A DNA stretch of 64,000 bases. Origin: an uncultured Bdellovibrionales bacterium. GTDB taxonomy: Bacteria > Patescibacteriota > Minisyncoccia > Moranbacterales > UBA1568. The position numbers were made by a program, and so were the translations under genes. The notes below the pieces were generated by a model. The model made no database searches, had not been told where the DNA came from, and saw only the letters and a program-made list of their open reading frames with translations. The stretch lies in assembly GCA_964398485.1 (NCBI GenBank), contig CAYNMD010000001.1, positions 5,072 through 69,071 of the forward strand, read 5' to 3'. Below are positions 39,331 to 50,871 of the stretch, one piece after another; within the stretch, counting starts at the first letter, position 1, and each line of letters starts with the position of its first letter.

Positions 39331-39711
39331 TCAGATAAGTGCTGGTTGTTTCTGCTTCAGGCTTTTTCGTCTAGGACGTTGGGTAGGTGGAGTAGTTGCT
39401 TTTAGCAGCTGAGCGAGTGCGGGGGTTATCGGCCAACCGGAGCTGTTGTTAACTGAATCTATCTGGAGGTGTTCTCTGGCTGCTTCCAGCAGAAGGCCAG
39501 GCTTCACACTTGGATGTTGCCGGAGTCTACCACATTCTGCTTTCACTGTACGGAAGTTCGTACTCAAGCTTCCATCGTAATTTGCGATCAGTATTGAAAT
39601 TGCTCCGCCTAAAGCAAAACCTTTTCGGCGTTCCAGGATAGTTTTCTGCTGGAACAAAATGAGGGCTTGCAGTGCGATCACACGAACAGCATTAGCGCTG
39701 AGATGGGCCAT
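39331..39711 (-). CDS. Orphan basic protein (126 aa), cassette F
   Basis: AGGAGG 6 nt before ATG; TTGACT-17 nt-TATAAT at 39777-39749; hairpin 39269-39300 plus T7. Confidence 0.68.
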   Translation of the reverse strand: MAHLSANAVRVIALQALILFQQKTILERRKGFALGGAISILIANYDGSLSTNFRTVKAECGRLRQHPSVKPGLLLEAAREHLQIDSVNNSSGWPITPALAQLLKATTPPTQRPRRKSLKQKQPALI

Positions 39712-39797
39712 TGCCTACCTCCTGTAGTTTGGAAATTTACTGATTGATATTATATACACTTTACATTTATTAGTCAAGATGTTAGAATGGAGCGCGT

Positions 39798-41069
39798 ATG
39801 ACTCATCCTTGGATCAAAAAAGTAAGTATTGCGAATTTTCTCAAAGAAAACCCGTTGCCGGAAATGCCGGGGGTGTATTTTTTCTTGGATCAAAAGGACA
39901 CAATCCTCTATATAGGGAAGGCGACAGTACTCGCTGATCGAGTGAAGAGTTATTTTGGTGATGACCTCGATGCTGCGCGCGGACCAAAGCTTGTCCTCAT
40001 GCGAGAGCGAGCGACACAGATTGCTTGGTGGCCACTCGACTCAGTTCTCGAAGCGCTTCTTCTTGAGGGTCAACTTATCAAAAAGTACCAGCCAGTTTTT
40101 AATACCGATGCCAAAGACGATAAAAGTTATAACTATCTCGTGATTACTGATGAGGCCTTTCCGAGGATCTTGGTGGCGCGTGAGCGAGATATTATCGCTG
40201 GAAAGATTTCTTACAAAATAAAAGAACAGTTTGGACCGTATCCACGAGGAGGAGCACTTCAGACAGCTCTCAAAATTGTGCGGCACATTTTTCCCTATCG
40301 GGATAAATGTATTCCCTACACCGAAATCAGTGAAGGAGAACGCTCTCGGATAAAGCCTTGTTTTCATGCACAGATCGGCCTTTGTCCGGGGGTATGTATC
40401 GGAACTATGACCAAAACTGATTATCGGAAACAGGTGCGACGTATTAGTCTGTTTTTTTCAGGCAAGAAAGCAGACCTGGTGAAACGACTGGAGAAGGAAA
40501 TGCATATGGCGGCTAAGGCACTTCAGTTTGAAAAGGCGAGTGAAATCAAAAAACTTTTGTTTGATCTTGGTCATATTCGTGATGTAGCGTTGATGAAAGC
40601 TGATCGAGATGAAAGTTCAGCAGCTCGAATCGAAGCTTATGATGCCGCTCATTTTCAGGGGGGAGCAAGTGTGGGAGTGATGACGGTAGTGCAGCATGCT
40701 ATTGTCAAAAAAAGTGAGTATCGACTCTTTAAGCTCCGCGGCGAACACAATGGGAATGATCTCTCGGCTCTGGAAGAAATTTTGACGAGACGTTTTGCTC
40801 ATAAGGAATGGACACTTCCTGAGCTGGTGGTAGTGGATGGAGCACTCCTTCAGTCGGAAGTAGCAGCCAAGGTTTTAAAACGGAATAAGTTAACTATCCC
40901 GATTGTGGGGGTGGTCAAAGATGAGAGGCATCGACCCAAGAAGGTGATTGGTCCACGCTCACTGGTGAAGCGATTTGAACAGGATATTCTCTTGGCGAAT
41001 GCTGAGGCTCATCGCTTTGCTATTGGCTTTCATCGTAAGAAAAAGCGTGAAGCATTTCTTTTGGGGTAA
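39798..41069 (+). CDS. uvrC: Excinuclease ABC subunit C (short form, no C-terminal HhH)
   Basis: GVY...YIGKA, Cys cluster, UVR domain, RNase H-like VVVDG, AHRFAI. Confidence 0.9.
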   Translation: MTHPWIKKVSIANFLKENPLPEMPGVYFFLDQKDTILYIGKATVLADRVKSYFGDDLDAARGPKLVLMRERATQIAWWPLDSVLEALLLEGQLIKKYQPVFNTDAKDDKSYNYLVITDEAFPRILVARERDIIAGKISYKIKEQFGPYPRGGALQTALKIVRHIFPYRDKCIPYTEISEGERSRIKPCFHAQIGLCPGVCIGTMTKTDYRKQVRRISLFFSGKKADLVKRLEKEMHMAAKALQFEKASEIKKLLFDLGHIRDVALMKADRDESSAARIEAYDAAHFQGGASVGVMTVVQHAIVKKSEYRLFKLRGEHNGNDLSALEEILTRRFAHKEWTLPELVVVDGALLQSEVAAKVLKRNKLTIPIVGVVKDERHRPKKVIGPRSLVKRFEQDILLANAEAHRFAIGFHRKKKREAFLLG

Positions 41070-41165
41070 AGTACGGACTGCCTTGAGTAGGTCTTTACCT
41101 CACGTGGGAAACCTGGTACACTGGAAAACAACTTGTCTTTTTTCTTAGCGCTTCCAGTCCTGCTT

Positions 41166-43976
41166 ATGCCTACGAGTCACGGCAAAAAGAATGTCATTGA
41201 AATTCGGGGAGCTCGGGTCAATAATCTCAAAAATATCGATATCGATATCCCGCGTGATGCCTTTGTCGTCGTGACGGGACTGTCGGGATCAGGGAAATCA
41301 TCACTCGCTTTTGATACGTTGTATGCGGAGGCAAACCGACGTTACGTCGAGAGTCTCTCTTCGTATGCTCGGAATTTTATGGAGGGATACGACAAACCCG
41401 ATGTCGATTCCATCAAGAATCTCTCCCCAGCCATTTCGATCGATCAAAAAAGTGTATCGAGGAGCCCACGATCAACAGTGGGTACTATGACTGAGGTGTA
41501 TGATTACCTCCGGATTCTCTTTGCTAAAGTCGGAACCCCGTGTTGCCCAAGTTGTCACCAGATTTTGTCACGCACCTCGCCGTTAGTTATCTTGGAGCGC
41601 CTGCTTCTTTTGCCAGCAGAGTCCAATGTAGCGGTGCTGGCCGAAAACAAGCAGTGTGAAGGAAAGACACTTGGTGATATGCTCGATCTTATTTCTGATT
41701 GGGGATACGTACGAGTGTTGTGGAAGGATGAGATGTTTCTTATTAGTGAATTGAGATTGCGAGCAAATCTCAGTGAACGAGGTCCTATTGCTATTGTGGT
41801 TGATCGCTTTAATCTTGATCCAGCTCGGCCTGATAAGGAGCGCATACTGGATTCTCTTCACTCAGCTTTTCATAGCGGCGAAGGGATTTTGAAAATCCGA
41901 GTAGACGGGGAATATTGGCATACCTTTTATGAAAAGTTTCGTTGCGAAAAATGTCAGATAGAATTGCCAGAATTTACCCCGGCTCATTTTTCTTTTAATA
42001 ATCCAGAAGGCGCCTGTGGGCATTGTGGTGGCCTCGGGGTGACACTTAAGTTTGATCCGAAGCTAGTGATCCCCAACGAAAATCTTTCATTGGCCGAAGG
42101 TGCTATACGTCCCTGGAGTAAAATGAATGGCGGTCGTGGAGGCAATCATGGCCCCTATCTTATTTTGGAAGCAGTAGCTAAGCGTGAGAAGATTCCGCTC
42201 AATGTTCCAATCAAAAAACTATCAGCCAAGCAGAAACAGTTTCTACTCTATGGTGAAACAAATACCACAAAGGATGGGGTATTTACTGGAGTTATTGGGA
42301 TGCTGGAAGAAAAGTATCAAGATACCAAATCTGATCACTTACGAGGAGAAATTGAGACTTATATGTACACGGAGACTTGTCCTGATTGTCGAGGGAAACG
42401 TCTCAAACCGGCATCGTTATCAGTCTTGGTAGCTGATCAATCGATAGACCAGATTGTTGATCAAAGTGTGGAACTCCTTCTTGAGTGTTTTGATAAGCTC
42501 AAAACAAAATTGTTGACTGATGGTCACCCTCAGAATTTGGTGGATACTTTATTTCAGGAAATGGATACAAGGCTCTCGGCGGTTGATAAAGTTGGTCTGG
42601 GGTACCTGACTCTTTCTCGAGGAGCGGATACTCTTTCGGGTGGCGAGGCTCAACGAATTCGACTTTCGGTACAAATCAAGTCAGGACTTTCCGGTATCAT
42701 CTATGTTTTGGATGAGCCATCAGTAGGTCTTCATAGTCGAGATACAGATCGTCTCATTAGGGCTCTCGATGAACTTCGAGGTGCTGATAACTCGCTGGTG
42801 GTTGTTGAGCATGATGTAGCTATTATGCGTAAGGCTGACTGGATTATTGATCTAGGTCCCGGTGCTGGTAAGGAGGGTGGCGAAATAATTTTTTCTGGCC
42901 CCCCAGAGAAGCTTTTCAAATCAAAAATTCTTACCGGCGAGTACCTTTGTGGGAAGCGTTCGGTTGTTGAGCCTGCCAAACCTCGTAGTGGTAATGGAAA
43001 CAATCTTGTTATAGTAGGGGCTACTGAACATAATTTGCAGGGGGTAACAGTAGAAATTCCTCTAGCAAAATTTATTGCTGTAGCTGGTGTCTCTGGTTCT
43101 GGGAAATCAACCTTGGTCCATGATATTCTGGCTCGCGCTCTGGCAAAGCGCTTTTATCAAGCTAAAACTCCCCCGGGTGCCCATCAAGAGATTTGTGGTC
43201 TAGAACATATAGATAAGGTGATTACGGTGAATCAGGATCCGATTGGTCGTACCCCCAGATCGAATGCTGCTACGTACACAGGAGTATTCGGCCATATTCG
43301 TGAGGTGTTTGCTGATACGCCAGAGGCCAAAAAAGAACGTTATACTGCGAGTTCCTTTAGTTTTAATATGCGAGGTGGACGATGTGAGATCTGTCAGGGA
43401 GGAGGATTGAAGAAGATTGAGATGTATCTTTTGCCTGATGTCTATATTCCTTGTGAGGCATGCAGCGGAACGCGCTATAACCAAAAAACTCTCTCACTAC
43501 AGTATCGAGGAAAAAATATTGCAGAAGTTTTGAGCATGACCGTAACCGAGGCAAGGGGATTCTTTCTCGACCAACCAATGATTGAGGAAAAACTCAGAGT
43601 GCTTGAGGAGGTTGGATTAGGTTATTTGGTGCTGGGACAGAGTGCCCCAAATCTTTCTGGTGGCGAGGCTCAACGTATCAAGCTCGCTACTGAACTTGCT
43701 CGAAAATCAACTGGCAATACACTGTATATCCTTGATGAGCCTACGATCGGTCTTCACTTTGAAGATGTGCGGAGATTGCTTGAGGTCTTGAATGCATTGG
43801 TTGATCGAGGCAATACAGTCTTGGTTGTGGAGCATAATATAGATGTTATTCGAGCGGCTGACTGGGTGATTGAGATGGGTCCAGATGGCGGGTCGCGTGG
43901 TGGACAAGTCTTGTTCTCTGGTACGCCAGATAAATTGAAGAAAATAAAAAATAGCCCTACCGCCAAGTATCTCTAA
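41166..43976 (+). CDS. uvrA: Excinuclease ABC subunit A, copy 2 (full-length)
   Basis: Two ABC ATPase modules; insertion domain between CGHC and CPDC; follows uvrC. Confidence 0.95.
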   Translation: MPTSHGKKNVIEIRGARVNNLKNIDIDIPRDAFVVVTGLSGSGKSSLAFDTLYAEANRRYVESLSSYARNFMEGYDKPDVDSIKNLSPAISIDQKSVSRSPRSTVGTMTEVYDYLRILFAKVGTPCCPSCHQILSRTSPLVILERLLLLPAESNVAVLAENKQCEGKTLGDMLDLISDWGYVRVLWKDEMFLISELRLRANLSERGPIAIVVDRFNLDPARPDKERILDSLHSAFHSGEGILKIRVDGEYWHTFYEKFRCEKCQIELPEFTPAHFSFNNPEGACGHCGGLGVTLKFDPKLVIPNENLSLAEGAIRPWSKMNGGRGGNHGPYLILEAVAKREKIPLNVPIKKLSAKQKQFLLYGETNTTKDGVFTGVIGMLEEKYQDTKSDHLRGEIETYMYTETCPDCRGKRLKPASLSVLVADQSIDQIVDQSVELLLECFDKLKTKLLTDGHPQNLVDTLFQEMDTRLSAVDKVGLGYLTLSRGADTLSGGEAQRIRLSVQIKSGLSGIIYVLDEPSVGLHSRDTDRLIRALDELRGADNSLVVVEHDVAIMRKADWIIDLGPGAGKEGGEIIFSGPPEKLFKSKILTGEYLCGKRSVVEPAKPRSGNGNNLVIVGATEHNLQGVTVEIPLAKFIAVAGVSGSGKSTLVHDILARALAKRFYQAKTPPGAHQEICGLEHIDKVITVNQDPIGRTPRSNAATYTGVFGHIREVFADTPEAKKERYTASSFSFNMRGGRCEICQGGGLKKIEMYLLPDVYIPCEACSGTRYNQKTLSLQYRGKNIAEVLSMTVTEARGFFLDQPMIEEKLRVLEEVGLGYLVLGQSAPNLSGGEAQRIKLATELARKSTGNTLYILDEPTIGLHFEDVRRLLEVLNALVDRGNTVLVVEHNIDVIRAADWVIEMGPDGGSRGGQVLFSGTPDKLKKIKNSPTAKYL

Positions 43977-43984
43977 AAAATAGT

Positions 43985-44902
43985 ATGCTCTCAAAATTTG
44001 TCTTAGCAACGATTGTTTACTACGACACGCTCGAGTATCCGATGACAGCATTTGAGATGTGGAAGCATTTGCTTATCCCTGATGGGGTTACCAATATTCC
44101 CAAGGCGTCCCTCCGAGCTATTGAACAAACACTAGAGTCGCTCCAGTCCCGCGGTTCGGTGGAACAACATCATGGTTTTTGGGTATTGCCTCGCCGTGGG
44201 AAGCTCGTTTTGGATCGGATTCAGCGAGAAAAACGAGCAGTAGAAAAAATAAAACGAGCAGTAAAACTTATCCGGCGGTGTAGCTGGATTCCTTTTATCA
44301 GGATGATTGCCCTCACAGGGAGTCTCTCTATGAAACAAGGTGATCGATTAAGCGATTGGGATCTTTTGGTGGTCATGAAGAGTGGGGCTATTTGGACTGG
44401 TCGTTTCTTGCTTACATTTTGGTTAACGATACTGGGTCAACGGCGGCATGGACAGCACATTACTGATAGGGCTTGTCTGAATTGCTATCTAGCTGATTCA
44501 GCGCTGGAAGTTCCTCTAAAAGACGTTTTTTCTTCTCATGAGTATCGATTTATGTATCCTGTTACGGGCGAAGACACCTTTCGATCTTTTGAATTAGCTA
44601 ATCGTTGGATGGCACGTTACCGTCCCCATTTTCTGCCAACGACAGTTCCATCGCTTTTTCTCACTTCACCACAAAGATGGGTAGGGATATCTCAGTCTGT
44701 CCTGGAGCAGTTGTTTACCCATCGATGGCTCGAAAAATATCTTGGGCAGTATCAAAGGCAGCGCATCGAACAAAATCCAAAAACCCAGATTTCTGGTGGG
44801 TTTATCTTGGCTAACGATGAAGCACTTGTTTTTCTTCCCGAACCAAAAGGCCCAAAAGTGTTTGACCGTTTTAAAGAGAGTCTTTCTCAGAATTCTTTGT
44901 AG
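43985..44902 (+). CDS. Hypothetical protein with a nucleotidyltransferase-like motif
   Basis: TGSLSM...SDWDLLV (GS...DxD). Confidence 0.65.
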   Translation: MLSKFVLATIVYYDTLEYPMTAFEMWKHLLIPDGVTNIPKASLRAIEQTLESLQSRGSVEQHHGFWVLPRRGKLVLDRIQREKRAVEKIKRAVKLIRRCSWIPFIRMIALTGSLSMKQGDRLSDWDLLVVMKSGAIWTGRFLLTFWLTILGQRRHGQHITDRACLNCYLADSALEVPLKDVFSSHEYRFMYPVTGEDTFRSFELANRWMARYRPHFLPTTVPSLFLTSPQRWVGISQSVLEQLFTHRWLEKYLGQYQRQRIEQNPKTQISGGFILANDEALVFLPEPKGPKVFDRFKESLSQNSL

Positions 44903-45002
44903 AATCAGCACGGATTATTTCTAGTAATGAAGACCTGTTTTTTAGCGACTGAAAAGTTGGTGTATACTGAGAGTAAACCAATATCAATATTCAAACGGCG
45001 TT

Positions 45003-46226
45003 ATGCCAAAGTTTTTGTATACAGCCAAACATGTTACCACGGGTGAAACCAGAGGCGGTGAAGTGATAGCTAAGGATGAGAAAGAGCTTGCTCAAGGGTT
45101 ACGATCTGAAGGGTATCTGGTGACATCAGTGGAGCAGACAGAAAAAGAAGCCGGCACTGTCCAGGTTCGTTTCATGGACCGGTTTCTTTCGGTGCCACTC
45201 AAAGAGAAAATGATTTTTGCAAGAAATCTGGCGGTTATGGTTTCGTCTGGTCTTACGGTCTCGAAATCTATTTATAATTTGAGCATCCAAACCCCGAATG
45301 CTCGTTTTAAGAAAATTCTTCAGAGTATTCACGAAGATGTTCAATCTGGGAAGCAGCTTTCTGAAGGGTTAGCTAAGTATCCTGGAGTGTTCAATGAACT
45401 GTTTGTAAACATGGTTTCTGTTGGTGAAATTTCCGGAAATCTGGAAGAAGTACTCGATATCTTGGCGCTTCAGCTTGAAAAAGAGCATGATCTTCTCTCC
45501 AAGGTGCGAGGGGCAATGACATATCCGGCAGTTATAGTAGTGGCTATGATTGGTATTGGAATTCTGATGCTTACCTATATCCTCCCAAAGATTACTCAAG
45601 TATTCGTTGATATGGATGTGGAGCTTCCCAAGACAACGCTCTTTATTATTGCAATGAGTAATTTTGTACGAGATCACTGGCTGATTACTATCGGTATCGT
45701 AGTTGGATCTGTCCTCTCAATTCGTTTTTTTGGAAAGACTGATACGGGGCGTCATTTTTTTCACTGGCTTTTCTTGAAATTGCCAGTGGTGGGTAATATC
45801 ATCATCAAGGTAAATTCAGCCCGTTTTGCCCGTATCTATAGTTCTCTTCTCAAGAGTGGTGTCTCAGTTGTGAATGCTTTGGCTATTGTGGCCAGGACGC
45901 TGGGGAATATTTATTACAAGGAGGCACTTACCGCTGGGATTGACGAAGTACAAAAGGGGACTGAACTCTCAAAGATAATTGAGAAGTACCCAAAAATTTT
46001 TCCAGTGATGGTAGCGCAAATCATTCAAGTAGGTGAGGAGACAGGGAAAACAGAAGACGTGCTCCAACGATTGGCAGAATTTTATGAAGAAGAGGTTTCT
46101 CAGATTACCAAGAATATGTCATCTATCGTGGAACCGATACTAATGCTCTTGATCGGTGGATCAGTTGGTTTTTTTGCTGTAGCGATGCTTCAGCCAATGT
46201 ATAGTGTTTTGGAAAATATCAAATAA
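45003..46226 (+). CDS. pilC: Type IV pilus platform protein (T2SS-F family)
   Basis: GEISGNL, AMTYP, GEETG, VEP...MLQPMY. Confidence 0.92.
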   Translation: MPKFLYTAKHVTTGETRGGEVIAKDEKELAQGLRSEGYLVTSVEQTEKEAGTVQVRFMDRFLSVPLKEKMIFARNLAVMVSSGLTVSKSIYNLSIQTPNARFKKILQSIHEDVQSGKQLSEGLAKYPGVFNELFVNMVSVGEISGNLEEVLDILALQLEKEHDLLSKVRGAMTYPAVIVVAMIGIGILMLTYILPKITQVFVDMDVELPKTTLFIIAMSNFVRDHWLITIGIVVGSVLSIRFFGKTDTGRHFFHWLFLKLPVVGNIIIKVNSARFARIYSSLLKSGVSVVNALAIVARTLGNIYYKEALTAGIDEVQKGTELSKIIEKYPKIFPVMVAQIIQVGEETGKTEDVLQRLAEFYEEEVSQITKNMSSIVEPILMLLIGGSVGFFAVAMLQPMYSVLENIK

Positions 46227-47640
46227 TTCTTTTTGCTTTGTGAAGCAATCAGATATCTTTCTTAAGAAGAATAAAAGAGAAGCGTCTCGAGGTTTTACCC
46301 TCATCGAGGCCCTGATGTTTCTTTTTCTTTTTTCTGTTATCACCCTTTCTTTTTATCAGACATGGATTTTGGCAACCGGACATATTGTAAATGTCAAGAG
46401 TCGATTGGGGGCAATTGCTGTAGCAAATCAGCAGATGGAGATAATTCGGAGTATTATTTTTGACGACATTGGTACCACTACGGGTATTCCGGTAGGGACG
46501 TTAGCTGAAAATCAAACTCTTTCTGTGAATAATGCTGTTTTTAACGTGCACACACTTGTACAATTTGTAGATAATCCGACAGATGGCACTCTTGGGGCGG
46601 GTACAGACATTGCTCCAAATGATTACAAACAAGTCACGATTACGGTATCTTGGGGAGGTGGCACTGATGCGGAGAAGATATCTACCACATCAATTTTTTC
46701 TCTTGATGGTGTTGAATCGGTAGCAGCAGGTACAGGAATTCTCTCCGTTAATGTACTCGATGGTACTGGTGCCGGGGTGTCGGGGGCATCTGTTCATATT
46801 GTAAACAGTAGTGTCGCGCCCGCTGTTAATATTACTGCTTCTACTGATACCAATGGTAATCTGACATTTCCTGGAGCTCCAGCTTCAGTTCAGGGATATC
46901 AGATTAGTGTAAGTAAGTCTGGTTATTATCCTAATACTACCTATCCACCGTATCCAACCTCTACCTTTAACCCAGTAAATATTCATACCACGGTAGTAGC
47001 TGGTAGTCTCACTGCTACTACTTTAGTGAGCGATGCTGATTCGGATATTAGTTTTCGAACACAGGATCCTTTTGGTACTGATGTTGCTGATGTTGATTTC
47101 GAGATTACCGGTGGATTAGTTATTGGTAACGAAATTTCCGATGCCTCACCAGTTTATGACTATACACAGTCACTCACCACTAATGGAAGTGGAGAAGAAA
47201 ATATCACCAATAGAAGTGCTGGAGTGTATACAGTAGTGCTTGATGCTAGTGAAACTACTTATAGGTTTCTTCGACTTTCTCCGGAGGAAGTCGATTTTGG
47301 GACTATTAACCTATCGGCAGGTACCAATAAATCAGTGACAATGGTCTTGGCTGACAAATCTTTCAGCTCTGCTTTGATCACAGCTGTAAATTCAGCTGAT
47401 AATCAACCTATTGCTGGGGCTAGTATCCGACTTACCAATGTTGGAATTGGTTATGATACAACCGTTACCACGGATACATATGGACAGGCTTTCTTTCATA
47501 CTGCGAACACCCCTTTAGTAGCAGGGACATATGATGTAGAAATTACTGCAGCAAGTTATGTCACTAAGACAGGAACGATAGATATTGCTGGGGACAAACT
47601 TGAGGAAAAACAGTTTGCGCTTGTGTTTATTCCAGGCTAG
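46204..47640 (+). CDS. Large minor pilin with carboxypeptidase-regulatory-like beta domains
   Basis: RGFTLIE prepilin motif; repeated G..V.GA.V...TD.NG; exact start uncertain. Confidence 0.85.
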   Translation: MFWKISNNSFCFVKQSDIFLKKNKREASRGFTLIEALMFLFLFSVITLSFYQTWILATGHIVNVKSRLGAIAVANQQMEIIRSIIFDDIGTTTGIPVGTLAENQTLSVNNAVFNVHTLVQFVDNPTDGTLGAGTDIAPNDYKQVTITVSWGGGTDAEKISTTSIFSLDGVESVAAGTGILSVNVLDGTGAGVSGASVHIVNSSVAPAVNITASTDTNGNLTFPGAPASVQGYQISVSKSGYYPNTTYPPYPTSTFNPVNIHTTVVAGSLTATTLVSDADSDISFRTQDPFGTDVADVDFEITGGLVIGNEISDASPVYDYTQSLTTNGSGEENITNRSAGVYTVVLDASETTYRFLRLSPEEVDFGTINLSAGTNKSVTMVLADKSFSSALITAVNSADNQPIAGASIRLTNVGIGYDTTVTTDTYGQAFFHTANTPLVAGTYDVEITAASYVTKTGTIDIAGDKLEEKQFALVFIPG

Positions 47641-47653
47641 TCAAAAAATACCT

Positions 47654-48265
47654 ATGAGAATTGTTCGAGGGATGTCTTTTATAGAAATGATTGTAGCTAT
47701 TCTTATCATGCTACTCGGGATGAGCGGATTTACGTATCTTTTTGTGGATAGTTGGAGATCGAATAAGTTTATCATTGAGATGGGTAATGCTTCACTTCTT
47801 GCATCACGATCCGTAAACAATTTGGTTGCAGATTTACGAAAAGTTCGTCAGGCAGATAATGGTGACTATCCCATTGAGTCCGGCGATGATTTTGACATCA
47901 AAGTATATATTGATATTGATAATGATGGTGTTACTGAGAGAGTACATTATTACCTGCAGAGCGGATCTCTCTATCGGGGAGTAAGAGAGCCAGTCGGCAA
48001 TCTTCCGGTTAACTATCCCAATGGTGACGGTACCACTACTTTGCTGGCTAACTCCATCATCAATTCAAATACACAGCCTGTTTTTTCTTATTATAATGAT
48101 GAATATCCTTCTGACACAACGAATAACCCATTAGCGACCCCAGTAAATGTAGCTGAAGTAAAGATGGTGAAAGTACATCTTATGGTCAATATTGATCCAC
48201 TCAATGTTCCTGAGCATATCAATGTTGAATCATTTGCTGAGCTCAGGAATCTTAATGGTTACTAA
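47654..48265 (+). CDS. Minor pilin (PilW-like)
   Basis: RGMSFIEM prepilin motif. Confidence 0.82.
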   Translation: MRIVRGMSFIEMIVAILIMLLGMSGFTYLFVDSWRSNKFIIEMGNASLLASRSVNNLVADLRKVRQADNGDYPIESGDDFDIKVYIDIDNDGVTERVHYYLQSGSLYRGVREPVGNLPVNYPNGDGTTTLLANSIINSNTQPVFSYYNDEYPSDTTNNPLATPVNVAEVKMVKVHLMVNIDPLNVPEHINVESFAELRNLNGY

Positions 48266-48274
48266 TGTATTTGT

Positions 48275-49696
48275 ATGAGAGTGGTACGTGGATCAGCTTT
48301 AGCCTATGGCCTTGTGATCATGACAGTAGTCATGATACTTCTGACGTCTATTGTGACTTTTGTAAGTTCGTATCTTCAATATAGCTTGAAACAGCGTGAT
48401 CGAGAACAGGCGTTACATATTGCCGAGGCCGGTATACACTTTTATCGCTGGTATCTTGCTCATCAACTCGACGGGCGGACAGCGAGTCAGATTCAGACTT
48501 TTTGGGATGCCGGGACGGCTTTGGGCCAATCAACGCCCTACGTCAGTTCCTTTGGCGGGGGTGAGTACTCAATCACAGTCACTCCTCCAAGCTCTGGACA
48601 AACAATTGTATACATAACCTCAACTGGTCAGACAAATCGCTATCCAGACCAGTCTCGAACCATTCGGGTGAGGTTGCGAAGGCCTTCTTGGAGTGAGTAT
48701 GCTGCACTTACTGATGAAGCAGTACGCTTTGGTACTGGGACAGAAGTTTTTGGGAAGCTTCATTCTAATAATGGGATTCGTTTTGATGGCCTTGCTCACA
48801 ATGTGGTCTCAAGTGCAGTTGATGAGTATAATGACCCCGATCATACTGGCGCCAATGAATTTGGTGTCCATACTCACGTTAATACTCCGCCATCATCAGG
48901 GATTAATAATGCTTTTCGTGCAGCCGAGGCTCCGCCGAGTACTGTTGCTACCAGGACAGATGTTTTTGAGGCAGGGCGCGTATTTCCTGTGGTCCCACTT
49001 GATTTCAGTGGCCTTCTCGGTGATTTGAGTTTGATGAAGAGTGAAGCTCAATCGGGAACGAATGGAAGCAGATATTTTGATAACACGAGACAGGGGAGGC
49101 ATATTATTCTGAAATCAAATGATACTTTTGATATTCGAACAGTGCAGAGTTTTAATGCGTCTACCAATGAAATCATCAATTATAATGGTGGTTGGTCAAA
49201 TTATCCGATTCCAAATGGGGGGGTTATTTTTGTAGAAAACAATGTGTGGCTTGAAGGAACGGTTAATGGTCGTAGAGTCACGGTAGTGGCAGCCAACCTT
49301 ATTTCTGCCTCACAAAAAACTGTATATTTAGGAAAAGATCTTCGATATACCAACTATGATTGCACTGATATGATTGGAGTTATTGGACAGAATGATGTTG
49401 AAGTTTATCGACAGAGTAATGACATCTTGCGCCTAGATGCTGCTCTTTTAGCGCAATCTGGTAGGGTGGGCAGGGCAAATTATACCGGAGCATATGCTAT
49501 TCGGGATACGATTACTGTCTATGGGTCGATTGTGAGTAATCAGCGGTATGGATTTGCTTGGGCAGATACGATGGGGAACCATGTTTCAGGATATCAGACT
49601 CGTAATTTATATTACGATAACAATCTTTTGTATTGTCCGCCGCCATATTTTCCTACAGGGACACAGTATGAACTTGATCTCTGGGAAGAGCTCTAG
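48275..49696 (+). CDS. PilX-like minor pilin
   Basis: RGSAL..., QA..IAEAG. Confidence 0.8.
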   Translation: MRVVRGSALAYGLVIMTVVMILLTSIVTFVSSYLQYSLKQRDREQALHIAEAGIHFYRWYLAHQLDGRTASQIQTFWDAGTALGQSTPYVSSFGGGEYSITVTPPSSGQTIVYITSTGQTNRYPDQSRTIRVRLRRPSWSEYAALTDEAVRFGTGTEVFGKLHSNNGIRFDGLAHNVVSSAVDEYNDPDHTGANEFGVHTHVNTPPSSGINNAFRAAEAPPSTVATRTDVFEAGRVFPVVPLDFSGLLGDLSLMKSEAQSGTNGSRYFDNTRQGRHIILKSNDTFDIRTVQSFNASTNEIINYNGGWSNYPIPNGGVIFVENNVWLEGTVNGRRVTVVAANLISASQKTVYLGKDLRYTNYDCTDMIGVIGQNDVEVYRQSNDILRLDAALLAQSGRVGRANYTGAYAIRDTITVYGSIVSNQRYGFAWADTMGNHVSGYQTRNLYYDNNLLYCPPPYFPTGTQYELDLWEEL

Positions 49697-49776
49697 TGTT
49701 GTTTGATAAATGTTTGTAGCCAGGTGTGTTATTATAGTAAAGAAGAAAAAATAGAAAGCAAAAACAAACGCTCGGT

Positions 49777-50871
49777 ATGAGCTTGCTTTATAAGAAAATT
49801 TTTAATCTTTTCCCGCAGTCTTTTGGACTGGATCTCTCGGACCTTTCTTTAAAGGCTCTTTGGCTTGAACGTGAGGGAAAAGAAGAAATTGTGACAAGCT
49901 TTGGATCAGTACCCCTTTCTTTGGGGAGTGTTGTTGACGGTGAGATTATCAAAGAGGAAGTGGTGGTACAGGCTATACATGACATCATGGCAAAGACGGA
50001 GCCGTCGCCGATCCGTACGAAAAAGGTTATTTGTTCGCTTCCAGAAACAAAGGCTTTCTTACGTATCATTGGTTTACCTGAGATGGCTCCAGACGAGGTA
50101 AAAGAAGCCATTAAATGGGAGATCGAGGCAAATATCCCACTTACTCTTGATCAGGTTTATTACGATTATCAAATTCTTGAAAAGAAACTGATACCAGAAA
50201 AAGGGAAAATGAGTATTCTGGTGGTGGCGGTAGCTCGTAACATGGTGGATCAGTTTCAGGGGGTGCTTGAAAAAGCTGGTTTGGAAGTGGCTGGTTTTGA
50301 GACAGAATCAATTGCACAAGCTCGGAGTCTTCTTTCGGAGAAGGATGAGGATAAGACAAGGCTCATCATCGATATTGGCGATCGAAGAACAAGTTTTTTG
50401 GTAGCGATAGGTAATACTCCCTGTTTTACATCTAGTGTCCCGCTGTCTTCTCAAATGATTACAGATGCTATTTCCAAGGAAATGAAGATATCTTTTGATG
50501 AAGCAGAGGCAATGAAGATAAAATACGGTCTAGGATCCCTTGCTCTCAAAAGTCCTCTGTTTAAGGCTGCTCAACCGGTTTTGGAAAATATCGCTGTTGA
50601 AGTTGAGCGATCAATAAACTTCTATCTTTCGAATCTACGATATTCAAAGTCAATTGATAGTATTGTCCTCTGTGGTGGTGGGTCAAACATGAAAGGTCTA
50701 TTGCCGTATCTTACAAAACGTCTCAACCAGTCAATTGAATTTGGTAATCCTTGGGTTAATGTCCACCTGGGACGGATGCTCCCGCCGATTGATAGAGGAC
50801 ACTCAGTTCAGTATTCAACAGTGATCGGCCTCGCTCTGCGTGGTCTTGATGAGTATGCGGATTTTGCTTAA
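49777..50871 (+). CDS. pilM: Type IV pilus assembly protein PilM
   Basis: FGLDLSD, IDIG, LCGGGS, GLALR. Confidence 0.9.
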   Translation: MSLLYKKIFNLFPQSFGLDLSDLSLKALWLEREGKEEIVTSFGSVPLSLGSVVDGEIIKEEVVVQAIHDIMAKTEPSPIRTKKVICSLPETKAFLRIIGLPEMAPDEVKEAIKWEIEANIPLTLDQVYYDYQILEKKLIPEKGKMSILVVAVARNMVDQFQGVLEKAGLEVAGFETESIAQARSLLSEKDEDKTRLIIDIGDRRTSFLVAIGNTPCFTSSVPLSSQMITDAISKEMKISFDEAEAMKIKYGLGSLALKSPLFKAAQPVLENIAVEVERSINFYLSNLRYSKSIDSIVLCGGGSNMKGLLPYLTKRLNQSIEFGNPWVNVHLGRMLPPIDRGHSVQYSTVIGLALRGLDEYADFA

